From Octopus vulgaris (lineage: Eukaryota), in NCBI GenBank assembly GCA_951406725.2, contig OX597832.1, positions 6,634,001 to 6,698,000 on the forward strand: 64,000 bases of DNA, given 5' to 3'. The translations under genes and the position numbers were made by a program. Positions within the stretch are counted from its first letter, which is position 1. The number at the start of each line of letters is the position of its first letter. This document shows, one piece after another, positions 1 through 13,320 of the stretch. The notes beneath the pieces are model-generated. The model was given only the letters and a program-made list of their open reading frames with translations. It had not been told where the DNA came from and ran no database searches.

Positions 1-117
1 AGTGATTATAGTTACTAATTACATCAAATTTCATACTTCAGTTCTATGTTTAAGAGATGAGGAATTATGTACATTATTTACAATTGACGGATATTTGTCC
101 TCATCTTGTTTGTTGTT

Positions 118-165
118 AACACAACATTTCGGCTGATATACCCTCCAGCCTTCATCAGGTGTCTT
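118..165 (-). ncRNA. Minimal type I hammerhead ribozyme motif (family A, core intact)
   Basis: Minus strand reads aagacac-CTGATGA-a-ggctg[gagggtatat]cagcc-GAAA-tgtt-gtgtt. Helix I is gacac/gtgtt, helix II is ggctg/cagcc, helix III is vestigial. Confidence 0.75.
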
Positions 166-433
166 GGGGAAATTTCGAACCTGGGTTCTCATTCCTAAGG
201 TATTTTTTGATGCTGTTGTTTTTGTTGTTGATATTATTATTATTATTATTATTATTCAGGTCACTGCCTGGAATTGAACTTGGAATCTTGGGGTTAAGGG
301 CGAGGGCTACTAACCCCAAGATTCTGGGTTCAATTCCAGGCTGTGACCTGAATAATAATTAACAATAATAATAATAATAACAACAACGTTGAAAAATACC
401 TTAGGAATGAGAACCCAGGTTCGAAATTTCTCC

Positions 434-482
434 AAGACACCTGATGAAGGCTGGAGGGTATATCAGCCAAAACATTGTGTTA
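434..482 (+). ncRNA. Hammerhead ribozyme motif (family A, G12A-mutated)
   Basis: aagacac-CTGATGA-a-ggctg[gagggtatat]cagcc-AAAA-catt-gtgtt; two CpG->CpA changes relative to the four-copy consensus. Confidence 0.65.
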
Positions 483-577
483 ACAACAAACAAGATGAGG
501 ACAAATATCTGTCAATTGTAAATAATGTAAACAATTTAAATTTCATCCCAGAAGGATGGAAGGAAATGATTCTGCTA

Positions 578-745
578 AATAATAATAATAATGCTTTCCA
601 CTATAGGCATAAGGACTAAAAATTTGTGTGGAGGGGCTAGTTAATCACATGGCAACATTTGAACCCAGAACATAAAGCTGGAAGAAATACTACGAAGCAT
701 TTTGTCTAGTGCACTAATGATTCTGCCAGCTCACTGCTTTTATAA
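578..745 (-). mobile_element. SINE family N, internally deleted copy with (AAT)n tail
   Basis: Matches copies at 5193, 11472, 22461 and 30704 (ataggcacaaggcctgaaattt...gaactcagaac...ctaatgattctgccagctc). Confidence 0.7.
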
Positions 746-2589
746 TAATAATAACAGCAGCAATATATATATAAGGGTCTATGACTTCAAGAACCAAGAG
801 TCATTGATATATGAACTCTGAGCCATACAGCTTTGATTGCTCATGGTCAGTCACCCTGAAAATAGATTTTTTATTTTTTGCTTTCATTTGGAGATTTTTA
901 TTTTTTGCCTTTGTTTGGAGCTCCTAATCCACACCACTATTGATTAAGAGCATTAAGTTCCAGTTTTTGTTACTCAAAGCTGCGGCAACTGAATACTTAA
1001 GTGACATATATTTTCACCTCATCAGCCATGCTTAAATGAATTCAGTCCATACTCTAATATATTCAGACCATACTATTATTATTTTATTGCTATCAAAGCC
1101 AGGAAAAAAATTAGCTAAACTTTATAATCCACTGTACTGTTCAATCTAGCATTGAGTGAGTTTATTCTGTCTGCTAATTGTAAAAGTATAAATTCTTTCT
1201 AAATATCTTTGAAACAATTTTATCATCAACTTTCAGTTGTAATTGTATAAAAAAAGACGTATGCTGATAATCCTACATATTGTAAAAATATAAGAAAAGT
1301 TATCAGGTTTACTTATTACTATTTTGGTAAACAGAAACTTATGGGAAGTTTATATTTAATTTAGCTTAAACCTTCTTTTAATTGAAATAGAGTTGGAGAT
1401 GTTGGCATATTTGTAAATGAGCACATACAAAGAGACATCTTTGTTTTATATACATTCACATTTCTATTAGAATTGGCTTATACATATGACTCATAAAACC
1501 AGTAGATTTCTATGTAACCAACTACTAACGCATCATTCTAAGTTGTACAACTCTTCACTCTTAAGGGTACACACACACACACACACACACAAAGTGAGAG
1601 TGAAGGAGAGAAGTTGAATAACTCTTGATTTGTTTTTGTTTTTTTACTATAAAACTGTATTTACTGTCTGTTGCCTAAACACTATTGAACGTTTTTCTCT
1701 TTGGCTGTTGGAAATGTGTAAGGTGATGGGATGCATTATAACATTACTTGTGTTTCTGACAGCTTTTACTTCACACTCCAGTAAACATTTATAGCAATAG
1801 TTAGGATATAAATTATCTTTTGTTAAGCGAGTGTCTTGCTCTCAAGTTACCATTACGTGAAGAACTTGAAATCAATTTTTGGTTTCATTTTCTATGACTC
1901 ATCTGAAGTCTTATTGACTCGGATTGTGATAATTATTTATGTTTTTTTGAAGCTATGCTTTTTTAAATTTGAGATTAGTGTTAGGGTAAAGGAATTCCAA
2001 TCACTTTTTTTCATAAATTGATTTACGGTGAGAAATGGAAATAGCACTTCATTAAATGTCTCATTTTAATTAATCTGGTATTCACTCTTATATACTCAGT
2101 AAATTAAAAATTAGAAGCCTGGAAACAAGTTTGATCCAAGCTTTTTAAGACAGTAAGATTTGGAAACTGTGATATTTGTTTAACAAATATTGTCGGAGCA
2201 ATTCTATTATTAAAGCAGTTCTAATTGTTAAAAAAGTACATCTACCACAACTGGATATTAAATATCCGCAAATATATTTGATGTGGTAAAAGGTGTAATG
2301 GTGAGAAGGGAAGAAAGAGAGAAATGTTGCTTTTATTGTTGAGATATTATATAATTTGTTCATTTTCTGCTTCAAAATTACTATATCTATTAACCAATCC
2401 AATACTCATAAAGATTAGAATTATATGTCCAGTTCCTTAATCCAATATTTTACACAGTGTTACACTGAATGTACTAAAAGCTTACATTAAAATTACAAAT
2501 GTCTTTAATATACTTGACCTCTTTTGCTGAAATACAGTGCATAAGTAGTTCTTTTCTTTGAAACAAATGGAACCCTCATTCATGAAAAG

Positions 2590-3040
2590 CCATGTGGTAA
2601 GGAATCTGTTGTGCAAACAGTTTTAATTTTGATTTAACAGTGTGGTTGGGTCTTTAGGCAAGTAGCGTCTTCTATAGCTTCAGTCAACCAAAGCATTATA
2701 AGTGAAAGTCTGTTGATGTCAACTGTACAAAAGCTCATCAGATTTATGTGCATTCATGCATGCTTATGTGTGTAAACACACTCACACACATAGACATGCA
2801 CATACACATATATCAGTGAATGGGTAGCAGAATCACTTGAGCATTAGACAAAATATCTTGTGTTATTTGGTTAAATCCTAAGTTAAAATCCCACTTGGTT
2901 CTGCTTTACAGTTCCTCCTTCCAAGGTCAATAAAATAAGTACCAGATAAAGTACTAAAGTCTGTCAACATAATCAGCTAAATCCTTGGAGGTAGTTCCCC
3001 AACATAACCGCAGTCCAAAGACTGAAACCAGTACAAGAGT
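2590..3040 (+). mobile_element. Degenerate SINE family C copy with a nested family N fragment (~2820-2990)
   Basis: Blocks similar to 57867-58322 (ggcaagt..cttctatagc, gcagtccaaagactgaaac) and to 22461-22704 (gcagaatca..., aataagtaccag). Confidence 0.5.
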
Positions 3041-5192
3041 AGACTTTGTCTAATATATTATGTTTACGATTTTTTAATGTCTTTTTTTATTTCTTTACTT
3101 TTATAATGTTTTTTTTTAAAGCTTGTTGAAACTAACCAAAATAGCTGTACCGCTATAAGTTAGTATTGATGAGTCATAAACCAATAGGTCAGAAAATATT
3201 GTGAAATCTATAAATAGTTACATTTGTTGATTTCATTATCTATCTTTCTAGTGCATGGGTGTTGCAGCATTAGAGATGAATAACTGCAGTTGTGATCCAG
3301 TATCAGTTGTTTCCACCCATTTAAGCAGCTAAAGTTTTTTGGAAAGACATAAATGTTTATAAGATTGTAATTTTTTAAACAATCAGCCTCATCTTTAGAA
3401 ATGAATTTTTAAAAAATTTTATTATTTATATTGGAATGATCTCTGCTATCTTATTGGCTTTGTACATAATACCTCTCTGATAACTGTTCTTTTCTAAACT
3501 AAGTAAAAATGTTTTTATCCACTTATGTGTGCGGATGTCAGGTAGTGGATATACATATTCAAACATTTACTTATTTTGTTTTGCTTTCAAGAAATCTTAC
3601 ATTTCTGCCAAATGTAATGGGACAAAATTTTCAACTGATAGACGCGATATGATATGATAAGATAGATTAATCATCTTTCTGCCAGATTTGTTTAGGAAAC
3701 ACTTAAAAAAAACAGTGGCGTCTACTTCACAATAGAAGATATTTTATCCAAAATAAGGAATTCCCCCAGAAATAAGAAGCTACTGAAGAAAGATTTCATG
3801 ATACCATTTAGATATTTTAGTGTTTTCTCTATCAGTCAATGAGCTTTGTTTGTGTGGCCAAATTCTATTTTATTTTTAACTTAAATGGATCTTATTTATT
3901 ACCACCAGCATCTTCATTGTTGTTGTTTTTTGTCTATGCTGCCATTCATTAGCTCCATTTGCTATACTGTATTTTATTTCATGTTGGGATCCTTTATAAT
4001 TTCATTCATGAAGATTCACACCCTGAGATCTGATGTCACAACTTATATCAGTACAAAGCACTTTTTCACTCCGCATCTGTTCTCATTTTGGATACATCCC
4101 AGCACAGTTGTCTTTTCTGTATACATTTGCTTATGTCTTTAATATTTAACTATACTATCAACTCTTTTTGCTCTGTCTTTAAGACTGGTTAACATTGCAC
4201 ATGCAAACCATACTCCACAGATCTTTAACATTAAATACCCACGTCTCACTATCATGCAGTGTCTTACTTCTTGCATATGCTCTATACAGCCTACTTTGGT
4301 TATGAAAAGAAACCCCCTGTTGATAAGATGGGTTACATCTCCTTAAAATTATTTTCCCCCTTCCTACTTTAGCTACTATACTTTCATCACAAAACTACAG
4401 TTATTCATGATCATAAAAGTTACCAAAAAACATTTATGATAATTTTCTGCTAGTATGGTAAATATTTCGAGGTTTATCTTGTAGCATGCAGACCATTATA
4501 GAATGCTATATTTTTTTTAGTCCAGCTCTACCTGGCCTTGTTTGTATAGTATTATCCTTGGTATCAGAAATCTCTCTCTTTCTAAACAACTTAGAAAGCC
4601 ATGTTTTTCTTGTGTTTCATCTTATATGAACAATTCAGCACACATAACACTATTAATACTATGACCACTAAAGGGTTAATTCATAACATTTCGAATAATT
4701 TTGTGTTGATTTTTTAATTTGCTTATAGCTTCTCTTTCCAAGAATGTTGTCTGACTATTAAAACAAAATGCTCTTTACTATAATAGAATTCTACCTCTTT
4801 ATCTACTGGTCTGACTTAGTACTTACCATACCAATTCGTGGTGGTACCATGATAATTTTGATTATCACTTTACCTTCTCAGTTTTTTTACTGTACATTCT
4901 AATAATTATTGTAGCAAAAGCAACTTAAAGGTCATCTTAAAAGCTCTTTGTTACAAATTAAAATTTATAATAATCAAAATAAAATTTTTTTTATATTGGC
5001 AAAAGGCCATAGATTCAAAGAGAAGGATTGTAGTTAAATGAAACACAGTACATGACTGGTATATCTTTTATAGATTGTGTAGAGGTGAAAGTTGTAATAA
5101 TCCCAGCAAGATTTTAATTTGGATTAAAGAGAAAAATACTGCAAAAACATCCTGTGTGCTATTTTGCTATATTTGCCTTTACATTGCCTTAA

Positions 5193-5337
5193 TGCTACTA
5201 ACTCTAGGCACAAGGACTGAAATTTGAGGGGAGGGGGCTAGTCAGTTACATCAACCCCCATGCTGAACTGGTACTTATTTTCTCAACCCTGAAAGGTTGA
5301 AAGGTAAAGTCAACCTTAGCAGAATTTGAACTCAGGA
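5193..5337 (-). mobile_element. SINE family N, partial
   Basis: aggcacaaggactgaaattt...ctggtacttatttt...gaaaggtaaagtcaacc...gaatttgaactcag, shared with the other copies. Confidence 0.7.
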
Positions 5338-5459
5338 AATAATGATGATATTCGTAAAACTACTACTCATAATAATGGTAGTTTTGATAATACTGCTACT
5401 ACTACTAATAATAATGATGATGATGATCTTGATAGTAACATGCAATACAGAAACCATGA

Positions 5460-6767
5460 TTAACTCTTTAGCATTCAAATTATTCCATCAAATGTAATGT
5501 TTCTTTATTCATATTTTTTTTTAATTCACCATTATCATCATTTAACATCCACTTTCCATGCTGACATGAGTAGGGTGGTTTAACAGGGAATGTTACGCTG
5601 CAAGGCTGCATCATGCGTCAATGTCCTATTTGGCATGGTTTCTACAGTTGTACACTGAGTGCTTTTCTCGTGTCACTGGCACTAGTAAGGTTGCTCTGTA
5701 ACTTGCAAAACAGAAAAGAACAGAGAAGGAAAGAGAGTAAAAAGTTGCCACTACTTAAAAGAAGTATTTGGGAGGGGAAGGTGGAGATGAGTGGCTGTAT
5801 GCCAAGTGTTGAAAGGTTAAAGTATGATAGAGGGACAAGCACAGGTGTCTTGCTATAGAGGAGATGTATGATTGAATGAGATAAGAGGAAGGTAATAATG
5901 GGGTGCTGGAGCAAACTCTCAAGGAATAAGGAGGTAAGTATAAGAGAGGAAAAGAAAAGTGGATGATGGGAAGGAATGAGAGTGGATGCTTTCATAAGAG
6001 TGTGAGGAGGGAATAAACAGGTGGAGGTAGAGGTTAGTGTAGTGAGTCAAAAAAACAAGATTGGGGGCACAGATGATTGGAAATACCAGTATGCTGAGGG
6101 GAATGAGGTGGGAGACATAGGAGTGACTCAGGAAGGAGAATAGAATGATGTGTAAACCTCATTGGTTTGGCCATGTGATACATATAGATGAGGACAGCTG
6201 CATGAAGAAGTGCCAGTCGCATGAAGTGGATGGAACTCATGGAAGAGGTAGACCCAGGAAGACATGGGACGAGGTATTGAAGGCAGATCTCAACATATTG
6301 AACATTGCGGGAGATGACAAAGGACCAAAGAAGATTGGCTTCTTGCTGTGCTCGAGAAGACCTGCTCGTTACTATAAAAATGAAACCTTATAAACCACTC
6401 GGATATGCCTGTACATGTGAGGCTATGCCCCCTCCCTCACCCCCTATCTATTGTACTACACTAGCTGCTGTACTCACCTGCAAGCAATATTATGAATATT
6501 ACATCTCATATTCTATCAAACATGCCACCCCTGCATCCCCACCCCCAATCATCATTCCTCCCCACACCATTTCTATCAATCACCTCCTCACCTCCTTTCT
6601 GAATTAATCGCGTATTATCTTTTAGCTTCGATATTTCAGTGATGTGATTATTTATCTTTAGAATGACACTGTGAGATAGGTATGAGAGACTGGATCTTGC
6701 TGGGTTGAGCATAAAACGGGTAGAATATTTGGGCTGGATGTGGCTAGTTTAAATACTAAAGGGTTAA
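5460..6767. mobile_element. TTAA-flanked piggyBac-type MITE split by a ~1.07-kb RTE-derived insertion (about 5527-6600)
   Basis: Left end TTAActctttagcattc at 5460 and right end ctaaagggTTAA at 6767. The two halves joined match the intact 228-bp copy at 6937-7164. Confidence 0.7.
6145..6365 (+). pseudogene. RTE LINE ORF C-terminal fragment
   Basis: WFGHVIHIDEDSCMKKCQSHEVDGTHGRGRPRKTWDEV aligns with WYGHVARMDEDRCVRKCQSLAVEGTRGRGRPRKTWDEV of the 19038 ORF. Confidence 0.9.
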
Positions 6768-6936
6768 CATTATTATGTAACAGAAATTGACTTGCAAGTT
6801 TGTAAAGATGGACATGCATGTGAACTGTTTCTCAAACTATGTTATTATTCTGACTCTTCATGTAATGTAGACAGTAGGCAAGCGTTCAATATATTTACCC
6901 TCTAGTAGAAACTGTTTCTAGTGTTATAAAAATATC

Positions 6937-7164
6937 TTAACCCTTTAGTGTTCAGATTACTCTGTCAAATGTAATGCTTTTATATTCAAATTGTTTTGAA
7001 TTAATCATGCATTCTCTTATAGTTTTGAGGTTTCAGTTATGTAATAGCTTATTTTTTAAATGTCAGTGTAGGTTAGGTGTGAGAGGTTAGATATGGCCAA
7101 TTTGAATATTAAATATGTAGAACGTTTGGGCTGGATATGGCTGGTTTAAATGCTAAAGGATTAA
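6937..7164. mobile_element. piggyBac-type MITE (228 bp including TTAA ends)
   Basis: TTAAccctttag...ctaaaggaTTAA terminal inverted repeats; homologous copies at 38129 and 56969. Confidence 0.8.
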
Positions 7165-10100
7165 AAGGCATCAATAATAGATCCAAAAAGTAATGATTCT
7201 TTACCTCTGAGTACTGAACAGAGATGTCTTATGTGTTTTATATAAAAGTTTTGCTTCTTTCTTAAAAAGCACAAACAATGCTTATGAGGACAGTTTGAAT
7301 TCATGTATGTTGCCTCGTAGTTTAGTTATTAACTTGGGTTTGCTATACTAAAGGCAAGTAATATGATGTCAGTATAAGAATGTTTTGTGATTGAGAAATG
7401 AGCAGCAGATAAAGTAGATTTACATTCACAAGAGAGGAATTGGTTGCATGTGATCAAGTTAGAAGAAAAGCTGTTGCAAAGGAATTCAGTGAGCAATTGA
7501 ATATAAAATGCATTGGTTTGTGAATTCAAGCAGATTTACTGTATTGGTATGGAAGCAGATTATCCGTTATGTGAAAAGAGTATTCTAAGTCAAATGGAAA
7601 ATGGAGATGGATATATAATTCCATTATTGGAGAAAAAAACTCCAAGGTAAAATTTGAAGCACATTCTTCAGTGTTGGTCCATTCCATACATTGTACTAAA
7701 ATGTGATGTCATAAATAACCTTTTAAGAGTCAAGGTGAACAAGTTGGGCCCATATGATGAGAAAACAAAAACAAAGAAAAATGTTTTTTTATTTTATTGA
7801 AACAAAGAACTCATAATTGTAGCTATAGTCTCAAATTAACCATCAGTTCAGTGTTACCAAGCATAATTAAAATAAGTTTTATTTTAAAAGAGAGAAAACA
7901 GAAGAGACAGAAAGTTAGAGAATCAAAAACAAGAATTACTAGGTTCAGTGATTTAGGGTAAAAAGAAAGGAAGTAGGAAGAGAAGAAAATGGATAGTTCT
8001 GAATTATGGTACCACTGTTGATTTAACAAGCATTTGAGAAAATTTATTGATTTTATAATTATTTTTCTGCTAGTTTCTTTTCCATGTCATTCTTGGCTCA
8101 TTGCATTTTAATTTTTCTTCTCTCTGTATGTATTATTTTTTTGTTTTAGTTTTATTTTACTTTTTAGTTTTACTTTTCTGTTTTCCAATCTTCATCTACT
8201 GTAACTGCTGTAATTCTGAGAATTGATTCTGGATGTGAGTCATTTTTTAAAGTTTTAAATAGAAAGTTATTGGGAACCAGCTTGTCTTTAGTTTTATGAC
8301 AACCAGTTCAGCTTGTCATGTTTAAACAGAAGCTTTTCATATTTATTTATCAAAAGTATCTTTTTCGTGGATAGAGAAGACAAAGATTGGTAACATTAAA
8401 AATAAAACAAAAACAATGTAATACCATAGAAATAAGATTCCAAAGGATTTACGTATAGCTGAATCAGTTCTATGCCATATTTTTGAACATCAGGATCATG
8501 TTCAGTTTCTCTTTGTTGTTCTTTCTGTGAGATTTGGATGAAGAAAATTACTTGTTTCTTATTGTTTTAAAACATTTGTAGTTAAGGAATGGTTCCTGGG
8601 ATATAATTAATTTAAATATTTAGTTGTGTTTTATAGTTTTGTAAAAGGACAAATTGAAAGTTAAGACATGTGATACGAAATAAAATTCTCTAACAAGACA
8701 TATTAAACACAATGTATATAAGTATTTTACAGTCAGTGTTGTACTCATTTCTACTTAGTGAGTCTGCTGAACATATTTCTTAATAAAATATATAAGTTCC
8801 ATGTTGTTTAAGAAAGGAAAGCCTCGGGTTCTTTGTATGTAAATAGTAGTATATGTAAGTGTCTGACCGAGATTAGTTGTTAATATGAAATTAATTTTGT
8901 TCACTAACAACCACATCTTTAGAGAAAAATTGTTTTCTAATATTTACACAGAGGCTATAATCAGTACAGTATAATTTCCAATCATCATCTGGTGTCTTAT
9001 TCCTGTTTGTGTACACAGATCTGGACTTGCAGCTATGTACACATTCAAGAATGAGATATCTAATGGCAATCAAAGCATAGTGTAGATGTAAATATTAAAA
9101 CAGATGATGAGCTTAATAGTCCAAAATGATTTATAACCATATTAATTGCATGTTTGCCTAGCAAGACATTAATGGTTAATTCTTATGAATGGACTCCTTA
9201 ATATTTTCCTCAAATAAATTATTGTTTATAAATATATGACATTTAGTATGGGAGTGCAGGTTCACAGTTTTTACCCTGTCACTGGCTTTTCTTTATGGCT
9301 AGAATGGTAGGGACAACACATTGCTATGAGCAACACTTTGAAGTTGGCAAGTGGTTTATTAACTAGCAGTGTTAAGTTCATTCCATTACTAAGTTTTAGA
9401 CTTGCCCAATTGTCTCAGCTCTTTTTGTCATTTGAACTAGATTGTTGTTTTGATTATGTAAGAAATTAATCCTGAAAAACTGTTAAAATCTGGAATCTCA
9501 ACAACCATCTGATAATATTTACAGCATCTTTCCACCAAATTTTGTGACATACCTTGGAAATTATTCATGGACTACACCAAAGCTATGCAAGGCATTTGTT
9601 GCATAGATAGAAGTTAATCATTCATATTACCCCTATGTTTGGATCCAGATGGGAATATGTATGTGTATATATTTACATGTTAGAGTTGTTAAATTATAGT
9701 TAGAAACAAAAACAAATTTGTTACCTACTTTCTCTCCAAGCATTTATTATTATTTTTTTTGGCTTTGCTCAGTATAACTGATATAGTTTTAATAAGTTTT
9801 AGCAATATGACTTCATCAATTAAGATATTTTTCTCAGGTGTTTATTCACTTGTGTCTTTGTAATCAAGCAGGTTGATAGTTTGATTCTCTAGGGCTGTCA
9901 TTAAGGCCTGTAAATATGTTTTAAATTTTAAAATAGATAAGGAATTGATATTGACACTTTAATTTTATTTGAAGTGAAGCTATCCAAATATATTATAAAT
10001 AAACATGAAAATATTCTTGGAAATCATGTGACTTATAGCTGGAATAACTCATAAATGGGGAAAAAAGCATAGTGTCAGGCCACCATTTAATTGCATAATT

Positions 10101-11142
10101 ATGTATTTAATGCCTACTTTTACATGTGGTACAGTCAGTAACATTGGGAAAATAACCTAGTATTATTTTAGTTCAAATATGTCGTATTAGTTAGCTAGTT
10201 ATCACATCTGGATATATCTTCATAATTAGCTTATTTTCTTCTCATTACTTCTTGTAATGAACCAGTATTTATTATGATGTTATAAGTAAAAGATCATGGA
10301 TGGGCTCAAAAGATGATTGTCTTTGTTCAATTTCCTTTTGTGATTGGTTTTAACCTATTCATTACTAAAGAATATTGATTCTTTTTGACATGTCCATTTT
10401 GTAGAAAATAAAATACAGACAATTGAAATGTCTCCAATATTTTAGTTATTCTTACTTTGTTTATTTTGAAAGAATAATTTGTTCCAAATGAGATATAAAG
10501 CTAAAATATTGAGTTTAGATTCAGTAAAGCTTCTAGGTTGGTTCCCTAATCCTTTGAACTACCTTAGTGTATAAAAATATTGGTAAGAATGGCAATTGTT
10601 ATTTAGAGAGGTCTTTAGAATATTTCTGATAATCTCCTGCGGTGAATAAGTTGCTATAGTATGCTTCTTCTGTGCATATTTGATAATGATGAATAATTTA
10701 GCAAATTAACATGAATGCCATAGAGTCTGTTAAGTCTGTTAATGATGTTAGCTACATTTCCTTTCTCTTGTTACGCTCAGATATAAATTGAGGTCACTGA
10801 TATTTCCTGCCAACATTCTAGACATGAATCTGAGAATGATAAAATATTACTATTGTGTTTTAACTCCAAATGTTACATCATTATCCTGAAATGTTTAAAT
10901 TACATAACAATGCTCAGTTTAATAAAATCCCAGAATATATTCATTTCTACAGTTTACAAGTTTCTTTGTACAGAATGAATTTTAGTAATATCATTTGTGA
11001 TGTTAAATAACAAATTATATTATTACATTTCATAACTAACTGGTATTGAACATCCAGTTTTTCAAGATTTTCTACATTAGATGTATGAAGCATAAATTCT
11101 AGTTTTGGCTTCTTATTTTCATAGACTGTGTATGTTATTGAA

Positions 11143-11371
11143 ACTCTATTTTAAGACCAACTCATCCAAAACTGCTATTTGTTCTCTGATACAAACTTCC
11201 TGTTTAAAGTAATTTAAATTTAAACTTCCTATCAAAATTCCATGTTAGTTTATGTTCCAAACACCAGTTTTAATAACAACAAAGACGTTTTACTAAATAC
11301 TTCATTATTTTCAAAATTAAGTGAAGTAGAGACAGTGGATTTCAGTAGAAATTTGGTAATGAAGGGGTAAA
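11143..11371. mobile_element. Degenerate second MITE family copy
   Basis: Internal similarity to 36100-36270 (accaactca..actgct..gttct..tacaaactt; ttcatt..tttt.aaaattaa.tgaa). Confidence 0.45.
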
Positions 11372-11471
11372 ATTGATTGTGTTGATGGTGGTGGCATATT
11401 AGTTGTTGATGATGACAGCAAAGAATGACACCGACAACAAATATACTGACAAAAAATGTAATACTTAAAAA

Positions 11472-11675
11472 ATAATAATCCTTTCTGCAATAGGTACAAG
11501 GCCTGAAATTGGGGGGTGGGGGGACTAGTCAATTATATTGATCTCAGAGTTCAACTGCTATTATTTTATTGATCCTGAAAGGATGAAAGGCAAAGTTGAC
11601 ATCGGTGAAATTTGAACTCAAAACATAAAGCCAGAAGGAATGCCATGGAACATTTTGTCCAGCATGCTAATGATT
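11472..11675 (-). mobile_element. SINE family N
   Basis: aataataatcctttctgcaataggtacaaggcctgaaatt...gaaaggatgaaaggcaaagttgac...gcatgctaatgatt. Confidence 0.75.
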
Positions 11676-12879
11676 TACTTTTAGACTTCTTATTGTTATC
11701 AGAATCAACTTAGACTCAACATCAAACTTGGGAAATTTTTCTTTGGTTTGCATTCTCATTAATATTTTTACATATTTCCATATCTGACTCTGGTAATTAT
11801 CAGTGATTCTGATTAATCCCTAGATTTATTTTCAACTGATGTCTCTCTAATGTACTTTAAAATGTTTTCTACATGTTTTACACATATAAATCTTGCATGT
11901 TTTCTTAAATTGAAAATAATCTAAGCCACTCATGTTTATCAATCACCAACCTAACATAAGATTTCCTCTCCTGAAACTAAAAGAGCAATTTTCTTATTTG
12001 TTACAAGGATATGCAAGATACAACTTGACATACTTAACTCCTTATCTTAAGGAGAGTAGCAAAATTTCTGTCAACCAATCTTAGTTTCAGTTTAAAAGGA
12101 TATAATAAAGAGTTTTGTTTTTTATGTTAAAAATTTGAAGTTTTCCTCATTCAGTAGCTATTGACTTACTTTCAACTAATGGCAAAAGTGTCAACTTTAC
12201 AAATGTAAAGTGTTATCTACTTGGTATATGTTAAGTTAGCTGGTAGCTGTTTTTATTTTGGCTTTTACTGTCATGAAAATTGTAGAACCTTATGTCTGCA
12301 ACTAAAATCAGAAATTTTATTGAGGCAACTTTATTACATTGGATGATATTTTATCAGAATTTAAATAAAATATAGTATCCTTACAATTATTTGGGGGTTA
12401 AGCTGCCTTTAAATATTGACACTACTTCAGTGTTAAATACCATAACCAAACAATTTTTTCTAGATCTGAATTAACTAAATTCTGCAACATATTTTGATGT
12501 GCCTTTAACCCACACTCTTTCAACAATACTAACATAATGAATCTCTATATTTAAAGTTGTAACAGCATTAAGTAAAAGTGTTTATTGTCACTTATAGCAG
12601 TTCCTTTTAATTTTTCTGTCATGTAGACAGTATGTCTCTTATCTACAGTAAGGAATCCATTATGATATTAAGATGAGAAAAATAGTTTGTGATTAGTGTT
12701 CACAATTATGACTTAGCTTTTAAGAAATAAAACTAATAATTGTTTTTCATTTTCCTCACTACCTTGCTCCATTGATTACAAAATTTAATAGAACTATTTC
12801 TTTAATGCTGATTGGTTGCATAAATGTGCATAAAACTATGTATTTTGCTGAATGTTATTCTTACTAATTCATTGTTTGA

Positions 12880-13320
12880 TGTCTTATTTTACATGCTGGC
12901 ATGGGTTGGATTGTTTGCCAGGCACTGACAAGCCAAGCTCTACATTGAGCTGCTTTGACATGGTGTCTATGTCTGATGTCCTTCCTTATGCCAGTCACTT
13001 TACAGAATTCTTGCAAGACAAGATGCCTCAGCTGAGTAGAGGTGTAATATTGAGGGAGGTAACTTTATGCCTGGTGGGGAAAGGTTGGAGTATGAGAGAG
13101 GAACAAGTGTCTTGATGTAGAGGAGTTACATGGCTACCCCAACTGGAAAAAGATAGATGGTGATGGTGATGAGGTATCAGGGTGTACTCTCAAAATATTG
13201 GAAGGTGAATGCAAGAGAAATGGAGTGGTGGATCAGACAGAATGGATGAGTTGTTAAGTTCATAAGAGTGTGAAAGGCAAGTAGCGGTTGGATAGAGATG
13301 GGGATAGAGGTGAATGCAGT
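12880..13320 (-). mobile_element. Degenerate RTE 3' UTR/tail fragment
   Basis: catgctggcatgggttgga...gacatggt...gatgtccttcctt is the reverse complement of the tail at 20760-20910. The purine-rich part resembles 5720-5870. Confidence 0.6.

Larger units (their letters stand above)
39..536. mobile_element. Fold-back (inverted-arm) Penelope-like non-autonomous element, family A, with a hammerhead in each arm
   Basis: About 62-297 is the near reverse complement of about 309-536. The left arm has an extra ~25-nt end (cagttctatgtttaagagatgagg) shared with the copy at 34593. Both arms contain CTGATGA...(G/A)AAA motifs. Confidence 0.75.

Noticed and set aside
159-619. ORFs sharing peptides (KTPDEGWRVYQPK) with 34561-34909
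   Set aside because: These are translations of the hammerhead-containing repeat arms, not proteins.
8101-8240. Pyrimidine tract, TGC motif and ctgag|14 nt|gtgagt
   Set aside because: The GAG acceptor is rare, and none of the possible exon lengths (14, 67, 85) preserves frame.
8950-9005. Family A-like hammerhead remnant on the minus strand (aagacac-cagatga-t-gattgg...ctgatt)
   Set aside because: The core is mutated and GAAA is missing; too degenerate to call.
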